DNA of 64,000 bases from Pseudomonadota bacterium (GCA_021798115.1 JAJZYM010000008.1:3709-67708); one strand, 5' to 3'. Positions 1 through 9,874 are shown, counted from the stretch's first letter. The notes: generated by a model from the sequence alone, not told the origin. Numbers and translations: made by a program.

Positions 1-189
1 GCCCGTCGTCGCCGTGTAGCGGATGCGGTGGCCGTTGATGACGACCACGCCGTGGCTCACGACGGTGCGCGAATGGACGGGCGACGGAGGAGCGGGCGGC
101 ATGGGGCCCGCCAGGGCGGGTCCGAGCGGGAGCGCGAGAAGGCTCGCACCCGCAAAGAGCCCGAAGAGGCGTTGGAGGGGATGAGGCAT
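1..189 (-). CDS. Secreted peptidase S10 (serine carboxypeptidase)-like protein, N-terminal part; runs off the window edge
   Basis: Not in the ORF track. ATG at 189 with GAGGA RBS; reads MPHPLQRLFGLFAGASLLALPLGPALA (signal peptide)...SHGVVVINGHRIRYTATTG, resembling the 'YTATAG' N-terminus of bacterial S10 peptidases. Confidence 0.6.
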   Translation of the reverse strand, partial: MPHPLQRLFGLFAGASLLALPLGPALAGPMPPAPPSPVHSRTVVSHGVVVINGHRIRYTATTG

Positions 190-344
190 GATGGGTCCTC
201 GCAGGAAGGGAAGGGACGGTCGGGCGGTTGGCCCGTTCCTATTAAAGCACAGCCGGGGGACGAAGAGCCCCCCGGCCGGGGACGGGCTTGCAGAGTGCGT
301 CGTTTTCGGGGACGATACGCCCGCGCCCCCGTACGAGACCGCTG

Positions 345-2318
345 ATGACGAACCCTGCGACCCCGGTCGTGACGGACGACAGCGAGGGCTGGAGCTCCGC
401 CCTCCCCGATCCCGCGATCCCCCCGAGTGTCGATTTTTACGCACACGCCACCGGCGCCTGGCGGAGGCGACACCCGATCCCCGACGATCGGGCCCGCTGG
501 GGCACCTTCGACGAACTCCACCGCCGCAACCTCGAGCGCATCCTCGCGCTTCTCGAGGAAGCCTCCCGGGCGGGCCCCGAAGCCGAGCCGCTTTTTCGCG
601 CCCTCGGGCGTTTCTACCGCCGCGGACTCGATTGCGAAAAGACCGCGCGGACAGGACTCGAGGCGATCGCGCCCCTCCGCGCGCGGATCCGCGCCCTCGA
701 CTCCACGGCCGCTTCCGCGCCGCTCCTCGCCGCCCTCCACCGCATCGGGGTAGACGCGCTCTTCGTCCTCGGCCCGCAGCCCCACCCCGAAGAGAGCGAG
801 CGGCACATCGCCGTCCTCTGGCAGGCGGGCCTCGGCCTTCCGGACCGCGAACACTACCTCCGGGAAGGCGAGCCCTACACGACGATCCGCACGGCCTACA
901 CCACCTACCTCGCCCGTCTTCTCGCACGCACCGCCACGCCCGCAGCAGAGGACGGGCCGGGGCGGATCCTCACGTTCGAAACCGAGCTCGCCCGTGTGAG
1001 CGCTCCTCTCGAGATCTTGCGGGACCCTCGGCAGACGTTCCACCCGCACGCGCCCGAGGCCCTCGCGGCCCTCTGGTCACCGTGGCCGTGGGATCGCTAC
1101 CTCGCGGAGCGGGCGCTCGGCCCGCTCCCCTCGCCGGTCAACGTCGCCCGCCCCGAGTATCCGGCGGGGCTGGCGCGGCTTCTCGCCGGGACCGACCCCG
1201 CCGTTCTGCGTCTCTATCTCGAAGTCCGTCTTCTCGACACCACCGCTCCTCTCGTCTTCGAGGACCTCGCCGAGGACCGCTTCGCGTACGTGCGTTGTCT
1301 CACCGGCCAACCGCGTCTTCGACGCCGGGCCGAACGCGTGGCCGCCGTGATCGAGGAGACGGCGGGCCACGCCCTCGGCCGCTTCTATTGCGCCCGCCAT
1401 GTCCCCGCGCGCGACAAGGCGCGGATCGAGGCCCTGTTCGAGGCGCTGCGCCGCACGCTCGACGAGCGTCTCGCGCGCCTCGGCTGGCTCTCGCCCGAGG
1501 CGCGGAGCGAAGCGCGCGACAAGCTTGCCGCGATGCGCGCCAAACTGGCTTACCCCGAACGCTGGCGCGACCAGAGTGCGCTCCGCTTCGAGGAGGACGA
1601 CTTCCTCGCGAATGTCCTGGAAGGGCGCATCGAGGACGTCACCTACGAGTGCCACAAGATCGGCCGACCCGTCGATCCTGACGAGTGGCACATGACCCCT
1701 CAGACGGTGAACGCCTACTACAATCCCCCCCAGAACGAAATCGTCTTCCCGGCCGGCATCCTGGACCGTCCGTTTTTCGACCCCGAGGCGCCCGACGCCT
1801 ACAACTACGGCGCGCTCGGCGCCGTGATCGGGCACGAGATGCTCCACGGCTTCGACGACCAGGGACGCAAGTACGACGCGCGCGGGAACCTGCGCGATTG
1901 GTGGGGCGAGGAAGACCACCGGCGTTTCGCCGCACGCACCGAGCCGCTGCGTCAAGCTCTCGCCCGCACGCCCGTGGACGGAGGACTCAGCCTGAAGCCC
2001 GACCTCGTGCTCGGGGAAGCGCTCGCGGACATCGGCGGGCTCGATCTGGCCCACGAGGCCTGGCTCCGCTTCGGCGACCGAAGCGAAGGCCGGGGGCGCT
2101 TCGCGGGCGTCGACCCCGAGCGGCTCTTTTTCTACGCGTTCGCTTTCCTCTGGGCCGGAGACATCCGGCCCGACGCCAGGCGCCTTCAGGTCGACGTCGA
2201 TCCGCATCCGCCGAGCGCGGTACGCGTGAACCTCACGACCGCCAGCCTGACATCGTTCGGCCGAATCTTCGGGACGGGGACCGACGTCCCGCGGTTCACT
2301 CTTTGGTCGGACGCGTGA
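345..2318 (+). CDS. M13 family zinc metallopeptidase (PepO/neprilysin-like)
   Basis: VNAYY, NEIVFPAGIL, GAVIGHEMLHGFDDQG (HExxH), GEALADIGG, DPHPP; ATG 345 preferred over TTG 288. Confidence 0.95.
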   Translation: MTNPATPVVTDDSEGWSSALPDPAIPPSVDFYAHATGAWRRRHPIPDDRARWGTFDELHRRNLERILALLEEASRAGPEAEPLFRALGRFYRRGLDCEKTARTGLEAIAPLRARIRALDSTAASAPLLAALHRIGVDALFVLGPQPHPEESERHIAVLWQAGLGLPDREHYLREGEPYTTIRTAYTTYLARLLARTATPAAEDGPGRILTFETELARVSAPLEILRDPRQTFHPHAPEALAALWSPWPWDRYLAERALGPLPSPVNVARPEYPAGLARLLAGTDPAVLRLYLEVRLLDTTAPLVFEDLAEDRFAYVRCLTGQPRLRRRAERVAAVIEETAGHALGRFYCARHVPARDKARIEALFEALRRTLDERLARLGWLSPEARSEARDKLAAMRAKLAYPERWRDQSALRFEEDDFLANVLEGRIEDVTYECHKIGRPVDPDEWHMTPQTVNAYYNPPQNEIVFPAGILDRPFFDPEAPDAYNYGALGAVIGHEMLHGFDDQGRKYDARGNLRDWWGEEDHRRFAARTEPLRQALARTPVDGGLSLKPDLVLGEALADIGGLDLAHEAWLRFGDRSEGRGRFAGVDPERLFFYAFAFLWAGDIRPDARRLQVDVDPHPPSAVRVNLTTASLTSFGRIFGTGTDVPRFTLWSDA

Positions 2319-3252
2319 GCCGCCGCGTTCCGCCGGCCGCGCGCGGCGCGGGCCCGTCCTCGTTGGCCACCCCGTGGGGCACGTGTCCCGCCGGCACGTC
2401 GTAGGCTCGGGCGCTCTCGCACCAGCCGGTCTGATCGTCGAAATAGATATCCGCGCCAAAAGCCCGAAGAAACGGTCCTTTGTCGCGCCCGCCCAGAAAC
2501 AGGGATTCGTCGATGCGGATCCCCCAGTCGCGCAAGGTGCGGATGACCCTCTCGTGGGTCGGCGCCGCCCGGGCGGTGATGAGCGCCGTGCGCAGGGGCG
2601 CCCGTTCGGCCGGAAACTCGGATTGAAGGCGTGAGAGAGCGGACAGAAAATTCTTGAAGGGCCCACCGCTCAGGGGTTCACGGGCACGGGCCGCCTCGCT
2701 CGTGTTGAAGCGCTCGAGCCCACCCGAGCGGAATTCGCGCTCGGCTTCGTCCGAGAAAAGAACGGCATCGCCGTCGAAGGCGAGGCGAAGCGGACCTTCG
2801 TCATCCGTCCGCCCCGGAGGCGAGGGAAGAATCGTCGCCGCCGCGACACCTTCCGCGAGCGTGCGCCTCACGTCCTCGCCGTTGGCCGAAAGAAAGAGAT
2901 CGGCGCCGAAGGCCTCGACGTAACGGGCGGTGTTCCCGCCACCCGTGAACGCCGCCCGGCTGATGTCGAGTCCGTAAAGACGAATGGAATTGAACACACG
3001 AAGACCGGTGTCCGCGCTGTTGCGCGAGAGCAGGATCACCTCGACACGCCGCGCCTCCGCCCCCGCGTTGAGGCGAAGGAGCTTGCGCACGAGGATGTAG
3101 CCCCCCCCCGGCGAAAGCGGCTCGTTCTCGCGCGCGATCTGGTAGCGGGCGTAGGCCTCGACCCCCTGCTCGAGGAAGACACGATGGCTCTCCTCGAGAT
3201 CGAAGAGCGCACGGGAGGAGACGGCGACGACGAGTCCGGGGCGGGCGTTCAT
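2296..3252 (-). CDS. 5'-nucleotidase (cytosolic IB-like family)
   Basis: VAVSSRALFDL, LSRNSADTGLRVFNSI, AFDGDAVLFSDE, YFDDQ; 3' end overlaps the convergent M13 gene by 23 nt. Confidence 0.92.
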   Translation of the reverse strand: MNARPGLVVAVSSRALFDLEESHRVFLEQGVEAYARYQIARENEPLSPGGGYILVRKLLRLNAGAEARRVEVILLSRNSADTGLRVFNSIRLYGLDISRAAFTGGGNTARYVEAFGADLFLSANGEDVRRTLAEGVAAATILPSPPGRTDDEGPLRLAFDGDAVLFSDEAEREFRSGGLERFNTSEAARAREPLSGGPFKNFLSALSRLQSEFPAERAPLRTALITARAAPTHERVIRTLRDWGIRIDESLFLGGRDKGPFLRAFGADIYFDDQTGWCESARAYDVPAGHVPHGVANEDGPAPRAAGGTRRLTRPTKE

Positions 3253-3282
3253 CCGCCGATCATAGCACCGGTGTCGCCCGCC

Positions 3283-4332
3283 TCAGGCGAGGGTTGCCAG
3301 ATCGATCACGAAGCGGTAACGGACATCACCGCGGGCGAGCCGTTCGTAGGCGGTGTTGACTTCCGCGATCGCGATCCCCTCGATGTCGGCGGCGAGCCCG
3401 TGACGGGCGCTGAAGTCGAGCATCTCCTGGGTTTCGCGGATCCCGCCGATGAGAGAGCCCACCAGCCGGCGCCGGTTGGTGACGAGCACGTTCGCCGCAA
3501 GGGGCTCGGGCTGCGGAGGAATGCCCACCACCGCCATCGTGCCGTCGCGGCGGAGAAGTTCGAGGTAGGGACCATAGGCATGCGGGGCGGAGACCGTGTC
3601 GAGCACGAGATCGAACCGTCCGGCGTGCTTCGCCAGCGTTCCGGCCTCTTCGGTGACGACGAACTCGTGCGCCCCCATCCGGAGGGCGTCCGCGCGCTTA
3701 CGGGACGAATGACTCAGAACCGTGACCTCGGCGCCGAGGGCGCGGGCGAACTTGACCCCCATGTGCCCGAGGCCCCCAAGCCCGAGGACGGCGACGCGCC
3801 GGCCGGGGGCGGCCCCGAACCGCTTGAGCGGCGAGTAGGTCGTGATCCCGGCACAGAGAAGAGGAGCGGCCGCGTCCGGGGCCAACCCCTCGGGAATCCG
3901 CAGGACGTAGTGTTCGTCGACGACGATCCGCTTCGAATAGCCGCCCAGGGTTGGCTTGTTCGTTCCCCGCTCGGTCCCGTTGTAGGTGAACACCGCCCCC
4001 TCGAGGCAGAACTGCTCCTCCCCGTCGCGGCAGGACTCGCAGGTCCGGCAGGAATCGACGAAGCAACCGATCCCCACACGCTCCCCCACCCGCCAGGACG
4101 TGACCCCGGAGCCGAGAGCGCTCACCCGACCCACGATTTCGTGCCCCGGGACCATGGGGTAACGGCTGCGACCCCACTCGTTCCGCACGAGATGGAGATC
4201 GGTGTGGCAGATTCCGCAGTGGTCGATGTCAATCACGACATCGTGCGACCCGGGATCGCGGCGTTCGATCGTGAACGGGGCGAGGGGGCTCGTGGCGGAG
4301 GAGGCGGCGTAGGCGGAAACGGCAGCAGGCAC
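3283..4332 (-). CDS. Zn-dependent NAD(P)H alcohol/aldehyde reductase (cinnamyl-ADH family)
   Basis: CGICHTD, PGHEIVG, structural Zn C-x2-C-x2-C-x7-C, APLLCAGITTY, GLGGLGH, YRFVID; GTG 4332 with GGGAGG RBS. Confidence 0.95.
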   Translation of the reverse strand: MPAAVSAYAASSATSPLAPFTIERRDPGSHDVVIDIDHCGICHTDLHLVRNEWGRSRYPMVPGHEIVGRVSALGSGVTSWRVGERVGIGCFVDSCRTCESCRDGEEQFCLEGAVFTYNGTERGTNKPTLGGYSKRIVVDEHYVLRIPEGLAPDAAAPLLCAGITTYSPLKRFGAAPGRRVAVLGLGGLGHMGVKFARALGAEVTVLSHSSRKRADALRMGAHEFVVTEEAGTLAKHAGRFDLVLDTVSAPHAYGPYLELLRRDGTMAVVGIPPQPEPLAANVLVTNRRRLVGSLIGGIRETQEMLDFSARHGLAADIEGIAIAEVNTAYERLARGDVRYRFVIDLATLA

Positions 4333-4404
4333 GAGAAACCTCCCGTGATGGTCCTGACGGATCGGGCCCACCATGATAAGCCACGCTCCCTCGCCGGCAG
4401 GATC

Positions 4405-5277
4405 TCAGAACTCGAAACCGCCTCCGAACCCCACGTAGTTGTCGAAGCCCAGCGTCCCACTGATGCGGTGGCCGATCTCGACATCGAGTTCAAAGTGCGG
4501 GAGCGGGAGATACTGAAAGCCGCCGTCCCACGCAAAGCCCTCGCCCGCCCCGGGCGCCGTCTCGGTTTCACCGAAGATCTCCCCGTAGAACTGGTAGCGG
4601 TTGTCCCAGGCGTACGTGAGATCGCCGATCGGATTGAAGCTCGTATAGCGCTCTCCGCCTGCGGCCGTCGGGAGGGTCTCCGAGCTCACACCGAGCTGGA
4701 GTTCGGCACCAAAACCGTGGGGCAGGCTGTAGCTCAGGATGGCGTTCGTCGCATACCCGGTCCCGGCGCTTCCGTATTCGGAACTTCCCGAGGGGAGCGT
4801 CACCACCTCCTCGGCCGCGATCTGCCAGAGCTCGTTGTCGACGAGCATGTGCCGCAAGCCCACGGTCGTCGCGCTGCTCCCGCCCGACGTGATCCCGGGG
4901 GACAGGCCCACCGTCTGTCGGTTGTAGTTGGGTGGGAGAACGAAGATCTCGGTACGGTCCGGGAGTCCGAAACTGAACTCAAACTCGGGGTAATTGACGC
5001 TCCGTCCTCCCGGGATCTCGTAGAGGTTGAGCCGCTGCCAGCCCCCTTCCACCATCACGCGCCCCGGCGCCACCGTGCAGCTCGAATCCGAGACCGTCGG
5101 CCGGTTGAGAAGCGCCAGGAGCGAACCCGGGCCCCGACAGGGATTGCCGGAAGGCCCCGTGAAGACACCGAAGAGTCCGTCGTCCGCCCGGGCGCAAGGG
5201 CTCGCCAGGGCGAGGGCGAGAAGAACCACGGCGAGAGGGGCGAGAGGACGGAAGACCGAAGTTCTCCTCGTCGGCAC
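4405..5277 (-). CDS. Outer-membrane beta-barrel, transporter/MetA-phenol-degradation-like family
   Basis: Signal peptide, RPTVSDSSCTVAPG motif, alternating aromatic beta-strands, C-terminal Phe (GFGGGFEF); start uncertain. Confidence 0.7.
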   Translation of the reverse strand: MPTRRTSVFRPLAPLAVVLLALALASPCARADDGLFGVFTGPSGNPCRGPGSLLALLNRPTVSDSSCTVAPGRVMVEGGWQRLNLYEIPGGRSVNYPEFEFSFGLPDRTEIFVLPPNYNRQTVGLSPGITSGGSSATTVGLRHMLVDNELWQIAAEEVVTLPSGSSEYGSAGTGYATNAILSYSLPHGFGAELQLGVSSETLPTAAGGERYTSFNPIGDLTYAWDNRYQFYGEIFGETETAPGAGEGFAWDGGFQYLPLPHFELDVEIGHRISGTLGFDNYVGFGGGFEF

Positions 5278-5643
5278 GGGAAGACGTGGACGGATCCTCC
5301 TGCCGGGGAGAACGAAACGAATGAGGGAGCGCTCGGACAAGGATGGGGGCACGGGTCGGACCTCGCTGAAGTTCGAGGGAGGTGGCCGGAAAACCACCGT
5401 CCGCGTGTCGACTCGATCGCAGGCCGCCCGAAAGGACTCCGGGCCGCTCCCACGGCGCACCACCCGCCTGACCCACGAAACAGGAAAGGCTCCCGGGCCA
5501 CGGGGCCTTGCCCTCACAGCGGCGGACCGCACCGCCACACCCCAGAGATTCAGCTGCCGAAGGTTTGCTCCGTCTCCGGGGGCGGGGTGCTACTGCAGAG
5601 ATCGTCCACGGGGCGGGGGCCCTCAGGCACCAAACTTGGACTT

Positions 5644-5673
5644 AGTCTACATCCGAGCCGACTTGCCCGTCAA
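5644..5673 (-). promoter_or_regulatory. Candidate sigma70 promoter upstream of the beta-barrel gene
   Basis: Minus strand TTGACG-N18-TAGACT; -10 overlaps near-palindrome GGACT-T-AGTCT. Confidence 0.4.
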
Positions 5674-5838
5674 CGCGGACTCGGGTGAGGCCGTCCCGGG
5701 ATCCCTTCGTCCGCAGACCGCACCAAGCTCGAAGAGCGTGATCCCGGACGCGAATGCTCTGCCCTCATCCTCCGACGACGGACCCTCCCGACGACGGTGA
5801 GGAGGAGAGTGAGGAGCCCATGGCACCCTGGCCTCCCT

Positions 5839-7797
5839 TCAGGAAGATGAACGAGGAAGTGCGCCGAGATGACGGTGGAGGAAGCCCAGAATGGCGTGGA
5901 GCGCTTTCGTCCACCGCTCCCCCCGGCGCGACCCGTGTACGGGAACGGGGTGATAATGGATCTTGCCCGCAACCTTCTGATGAAGCTGCCTGAGAAGACT
6001 CAGGCTTGAGGCATCGGGCCGTCGCCGTTTCGTGAAGCGCACGAGGAGGACCGGTGCCGATCGACGCGGAGGGCTCGCCGTGGGGTTTCCGCCCGCAGCC
6101 GAAGAAACCGCGGGGCGAGCGGGATCGAGCCGTCCGGCATCGGGATCGACGATCACGACGCCGGCAAAAAGAGCGGGATCGCGCGCGGCGGCCATGAGGG
6201 CAGCGTCCGCACCCAATCCCTCCCCGAGCGCCACGACACGACCCGCACGCGCAAGCCGGTGGGCTTGCGCCCAACGCACGGCGGTCACGAGATCGGCGGG
6301 GACGACGGTCCGCCAGCCACGGACACCGGCGGCTTCGTAGACGGCGCCGTAACCTCCAGAGCCGTGGTAGTTGACCGCAAGCACCGAGTACCCCGCGCGG
6401 GCCAACGCCTGGACGAGAGGATCATAGAACCAGACGAAACGCCGCCCGAAGGGACCTTTGTGCGCCACGACCACGAGGGCGCCGGGAACCCTCTTCGCAG
6501 GACGGGCGAGGTAAGCGTAAAGAGCCGCTTTCCCCTCGGGGATCCGGAGCGCCTTGAGCGGAACCATCGTGCTTTCGTGCAGCACAGGGTGGCGGGCCAT
6601 GAGGAACGTGAGACTTGGTGTCGGACGCCGCGCGTAGAGGTAGTAACGCCCGGGATTGCGGTCCCCCAGAGTCTCGAGGAGGAGAATCCTCCCGTGCGGG
6701 CCCATCCCAAGCACCCGCACCACTTCCCCCTGAAGCTCGTGCCCGAGCCCGCGCAGTAGCCGCACGAGAGGATCGCGGGGATGGATCCAGTAGGTGCGAG
6801 GGCGACCGCGCATGAAGTTCACACCGATCAGCCGTCGGCGGTGACGGCCCCAGATGAGGGACGGCCAGCGCTTTCGCTGGGGGCGATAGACATCGATCGC
6901 GGGATTCGCCACGAGCAGGGTCCGCCGGAAGTGGGTCAGCCCGAAGCGGTAGAGACCGAGTGTCCGTGCCGGTGTCGGCGTGAGTGCGAGAAGATACACT
7001 CCACGGCCGTGCGGGCCCAAGGTGAGAAAGTGATCGTAGCGGCGGAGGTCGCGCGGCCGGAACCGACCCGTCACGGCCGTCCACGACGCACAGTGGCCAC
7101 GACCCACGAGCACGGTGGGGACCGGCTTCTGGAGTCCCGTGACGGCGGCCACCCGCGGCCACCCGCGGGTGTCGACGAGAACCTGCGCCCCGGCGAGCGG
7201 CACGCGGCAAAACTGCGAGAGGCGTCCCCCCGCGAGATCGTAACGATAGAGGATGGGATCGGCGCTCGGCGCGGATCTCCAGAGAAGGACGGGGCCCGAG
7301 GAGCGGACGGCGACGACGGAGACGCGGGCCTTTGGCCCGTTGCCGGAACCGGCAAAAATGTGAAGGGAACGGTACGCGTGTTTGCTCAGGCGGTCGTCGA
7401 GGAGTCCGAACGCGAGCCTCCCCGTCGGCCGCGGGCTTCGGGTGATCACGAAGAGAAGGTGCGGCGACACCCAGCGCAGTGCAAGAATGTGCACACCCCT
7501 CGGGAAGCGTTCGCTTGCCTTGAGCAGCATCCTTCCGTGGGAGAGGAGCGTGCCGAGAGCGAGGACCTCGACGATTCGCCGCCTGTGGTGGCGGCTGGGG
7601 ACGACGAAGGCCAGGGCGTGGGCGCGGGGCGAGAGCTCGGGTTTTCGGAAAACCGGGCGGGCAAAAAGCGCACGCAGGTGGGGAAGAGACGACTCCAGGG
7701 GCGAGGGGGTCGAGCCCCACGCGGGAAGAGCGGTCTGCCCAAGGAAAAAGAGAGCACCCGCCGCGGCGAGTCCCACACAAGCTTTGCGTCGCGTCAT
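5839..7797 (-). CDS. Exported S9 (prolyl oligopeptidase/acylaminoacyl peptidase) family homolog, probably catalytically inactive
   Basis: Signal peptide, propeller-like region ending PGRYYLY, hydrolase domain HKGP / LARAGYSVLAVNYHGSGGYG; nucleophile elbow reads GEGLG instead of GxSxG. Confidence 0.8.
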   Translation of the reverse strand: MTRRKACVGLAAAGALFFLGQTALPAWGSTPSPLESSLPHLRALFARPVFRKPELSPRAHALAFVVPSRHHRRRIVEVLALGTLLSHGRMLLKASERFPRGVHILALRWVSPHLLFVITRSPRPTGRLAFGLLDDRLSKHAYRSLHIFAGSGNGPKARVSVVAVRSSGPVLLWRSAPSADPILYRYDLAGGRLSQFCRVPLAGAQVLVDTRGWPRVAAVTGLQKPVPTVLVGRGHCASWTAVTGRFRPRDLRRYDHFLTLGPHGRGVYLLALTPTPARTLGLYRFGLTHFRRTLLVANPAIDVYRPQRKRWPSLIWGRHRRRLIGVNFMRGRPRTYWIHPRDPLVRLLRGLGHELQGEVVRVLGMGPHGRILLLETLGDRNPGRYYLYARRPTPSLTFLMARHPVLHESTMVPLKALRIPEGKAALYAYLARPAKRVPGALVVVAHKGPFGRRFVWFYDPLVQALARAGYSVLAVNYHGSGGYGAVYEAAGVRGWRTVVPADLVTAVRWAQAHRLARAGRVVALGEGLGADAALMAAARDPALFAGVVIVDPDAGRLDPARPAVSSAAGGNPTASPPRRSAPVLLVRFTKRRRPDASSLSLLRQLHQKVAGKIHYHPVPVHGSRRGERWTKALHAILGFLHRHLGALPRSSS

Positions 7798-8156
7798 GGC
7801 CGCCGCATCGTCCAATCCCCGAATCTTGATCGCCGCCTCCCCTGGCCTCAAGCACGGGCGCACGACGGGAACGACAGGGTCATGCTACCACATCACTGCG
7901 GGGAGCCGAGCGTTTCGTCTCCCCCTCGTCTTGAGCCCGAACATTTGCGGTGTGCCGCGGAGAGACGAGCACAAACCCCCGCGCATCCACCCGGGAAGAC
8001 ATCCCCGCGGGAAGTTCTCGCGCGCGCGACCCCCCAGTCCGTGCCGAAGCGTGACCTCTCGCGCCCCTCCGCTCACCTCTCGCCCTTGAAACAGCGTGAC
8101 CACGCCACCATCGTGGACCCACCTGACTTCTCTCTTCTCCCCAGGGGGCCATGCCG

Positions 8157-8774
8157 ATGAAGCTTTACTACAGTCCCGGAGCGTGCTCGTTGTCTCCTCA
8201 CATCGTGCTCAACGAGGCGCACCTTCCTTACGAACTCGTGCGCGTCGATCTCAAGACCAAAAAGATGGAGGACGGAGAAGATTTCCTCCGCGTCAATCCC
8301 AAGGGGTACGTTCCCGTCCTCGGGCTGGACGACGGGGCGACCCTCACCGAAGGGCCGGCGATCGTGCAGTATCTGGCCGACCTTCGGCCCGAGACCCGTC
8401 TCGCGCCACCTGCGGGAACCCTGGAGCGATACCGACTGCAGGAGTGGCTCAACTTCATCTCGACCGAGATCCACAAGCAGTTCAGCCCCCTCTTCAATCC
8501 CCAAACGCCCGAACCGATGCGTGAAGCCCAGAAGCAGCGCCTCGGCGGCCGCTTTGATTTCGTCGTCTCAAGTCTCGAGGGGCACGATTTCCTGATGCCT
8601 CAAGGGTTCACCGTGGCCGACGCTTACCTCTACACGGTCCTCACCTGGAGCCCGAGCGTGGGTCTCAGTCTGGATCCCTGGCCCAAGCTCCGGTCCTACA
8701 TGGAGCGGGTCCAAAAACGGCCGGGGGTCTCCGCAGCCCTGGCGAAAGAGAGGGAGGCCAAGAAGGCGGGTTGA
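8157..8774 (+). CDS. gstA: Glutathione S-transferase, beta class
   Basis: MKLYYSPGACSLSPHIVL, NPKGYVP, LTEGPAIVQYLAD, FISTEIHK, FTVADAYL. Confidence 0.93.
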   Translation: MKLYYSPGACSLSPHIVLNEAHLPYELVRVDLKTKKMEDGEDFLRVNPKGYVPVLGLDDGATLTEGPAIVQYLADLRPETRLAPPAGTLERYRLQEWLNFISTEIHKQFSPLFNPQTPEPMREAQKQRLGGRFDFVVSSLEGHDFLMPQGFTVADAYLYTVLTWSPSVGLSLDPWPKLRSYMERVQKRPGVSAALAKEREAKKAG

Positions 8775-8834
8775 CCGAGACACCCCTCCCCCGTCAGCGA
8801 CGCGGGTGTTATACAATCTCGGGGCGCACCCGGA

Positions 8835-8910
8835 GCGGGAATAGCTCAGTTGGTAGAGCGCAACCTTGCCAAGGTTGAGGTCGCGAGTTCGAGCCTCGTT
8901 TCCCGCTCCA
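8835..8910 (+). tRNA. tRNA-Gly(GCC)
   Basis: GCGGGAATAGCTCAGTTGGTAGAGCGCAACCTTGCCAAGGTTGAGGTCGCGAGTTCGAGCCTCGTTTCCCGCTCCA; full cloverleaf, CCA end. Confidence 0.98.
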
Positions 8911-8960
8911 TTTCGTCTCCCTCCGTCCTCGGCGATGGAAAGGGGTGGGGGTCGCTCTTG

Positions 8961-9034
8961 GGCCAGGTGGCAGAATGGTCATGCAGCGGCCTGCAAAGCC
9001 GTTTACGCCGGTTCGATTCCGACCCTGGCCTCCA
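8961..9034 (+). tRNA. tRNA-Cys(GCA)
   Basis: GGCCAGG...CTGCAAA anticodon loop, GTTCGATTCC T-arm, CCTGGCCTCCA end. Confidence 0.96.
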
Positions 9035-9295
9035 CGAGAGTTCATGATCCCAACATCGCCGGGTCGTGATCCGACGTCGGCGGGCGCGGGTTTTTCCACT
9101 GACGGCATCCCTGAGATCGCTCCGACGATCCGCAAGGTCATCGCCGATCAGGGCTTTGGCAGAACCATCGATCCTGATCCGTTCCCCGGCTTCACGGATG
9201 AGAGGGGAAGACGGCGCAAGCTTGGGGCTTGAAACCGCCTCTGCCCGTACGACGTATCAGGAGCATCGTCCTGATTGCACCGATGGGAGACCCTG

Positions 9296-9874
9296 ATGAC
9301 ACGGCTTCGTCCCGGCATCCCCGCCCCCGGCTTCAGCGGGGTCGAGATCGGAGGGCAAACACTCCGCCTCGACGATTTCGAAGGTCGCCCGCTCCTTCTC
9401 TCGTTCTTCCGTGAGGCGGGCTGTCCGTTTTGCAACATCAGGGTTTACGAACTCACCCAGCACTACGGGCGTTTTCGCGAACAGGGGCTCTCGATTCTCG
9501 CGGTTTTCAGCTCTCCGCCGGATGAGATCCGTCACTACGTCGCTCAACGTCCGCGACCCTTCGTGATGCTGACCGACCCCGAGCAGGAACTCTATCGACT
9601 CTACGGCGTCGAGCACTCGGCCCCCAAGATGTGGTGGGGCGTCGTTCGTCATTTCGGACGGATGATCCGTGGTTTGGGAGTGGCCCCGGTCAAGGCTTCA
9701 CGAGACGCCACGCTCGTCCCGGCGGACTTTCTCATCGACGAGACCGGCGTCATTCGCGACGTCCACTACGGACGTGATATCGGGGATCACATTCCGATCG
9801 AACGCATCCAGACGTTCCTCGATCCCCGGGTTCTGCCCCTCAAAGGCCGATACGCCCAGAGTTCGGGGCTCTGA
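9296..9874 (+). CDS. AhpC/TSA redoxin (peroxiredoxin-like) protein
   Basis: PAPGF, LLSFFREAGCPFCNIR (CxxC), PADFLIDETG, GRDIGDH. Confidence 0.85.
   Translation: MTRLRPGIPAPGFSGVEIGGQTLRLDDFEGRPLLLSFFREAGCPFCNIRVYELTQHYGRFREQGLSILAVFSSPPDEIRHYVAQRPRPFVMLTDPEQELYRLYGVEHSAPKMWWGVVRHFGRMIRGLGVAPVKASRDATLVPADFLIDETGVIRDVHYGRDIGDHIPIERIQTFLDPRVLPLKGRYAQSSGL

Noticed and set aside
5420..5480. Minus-strand GGGTC..GGCG.GGTGG..GGGAGCGGCCC resembling a ZTP (pfl) riboswitch
   Set aside because: Lacks the GUGACU segment and the 3' CGCCUGGGC pseudoknot partner; downstream gene is atypical
3184..5688. 834-aa plus-strand ORF, and similar long ORFs at 20104-22743, 27312-30083, 45202-47586, 52712-55540 and 59681-61549
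   Set aside because: Antisense shadows of well-supported genes in high-GC DNA; no recognisable motifs
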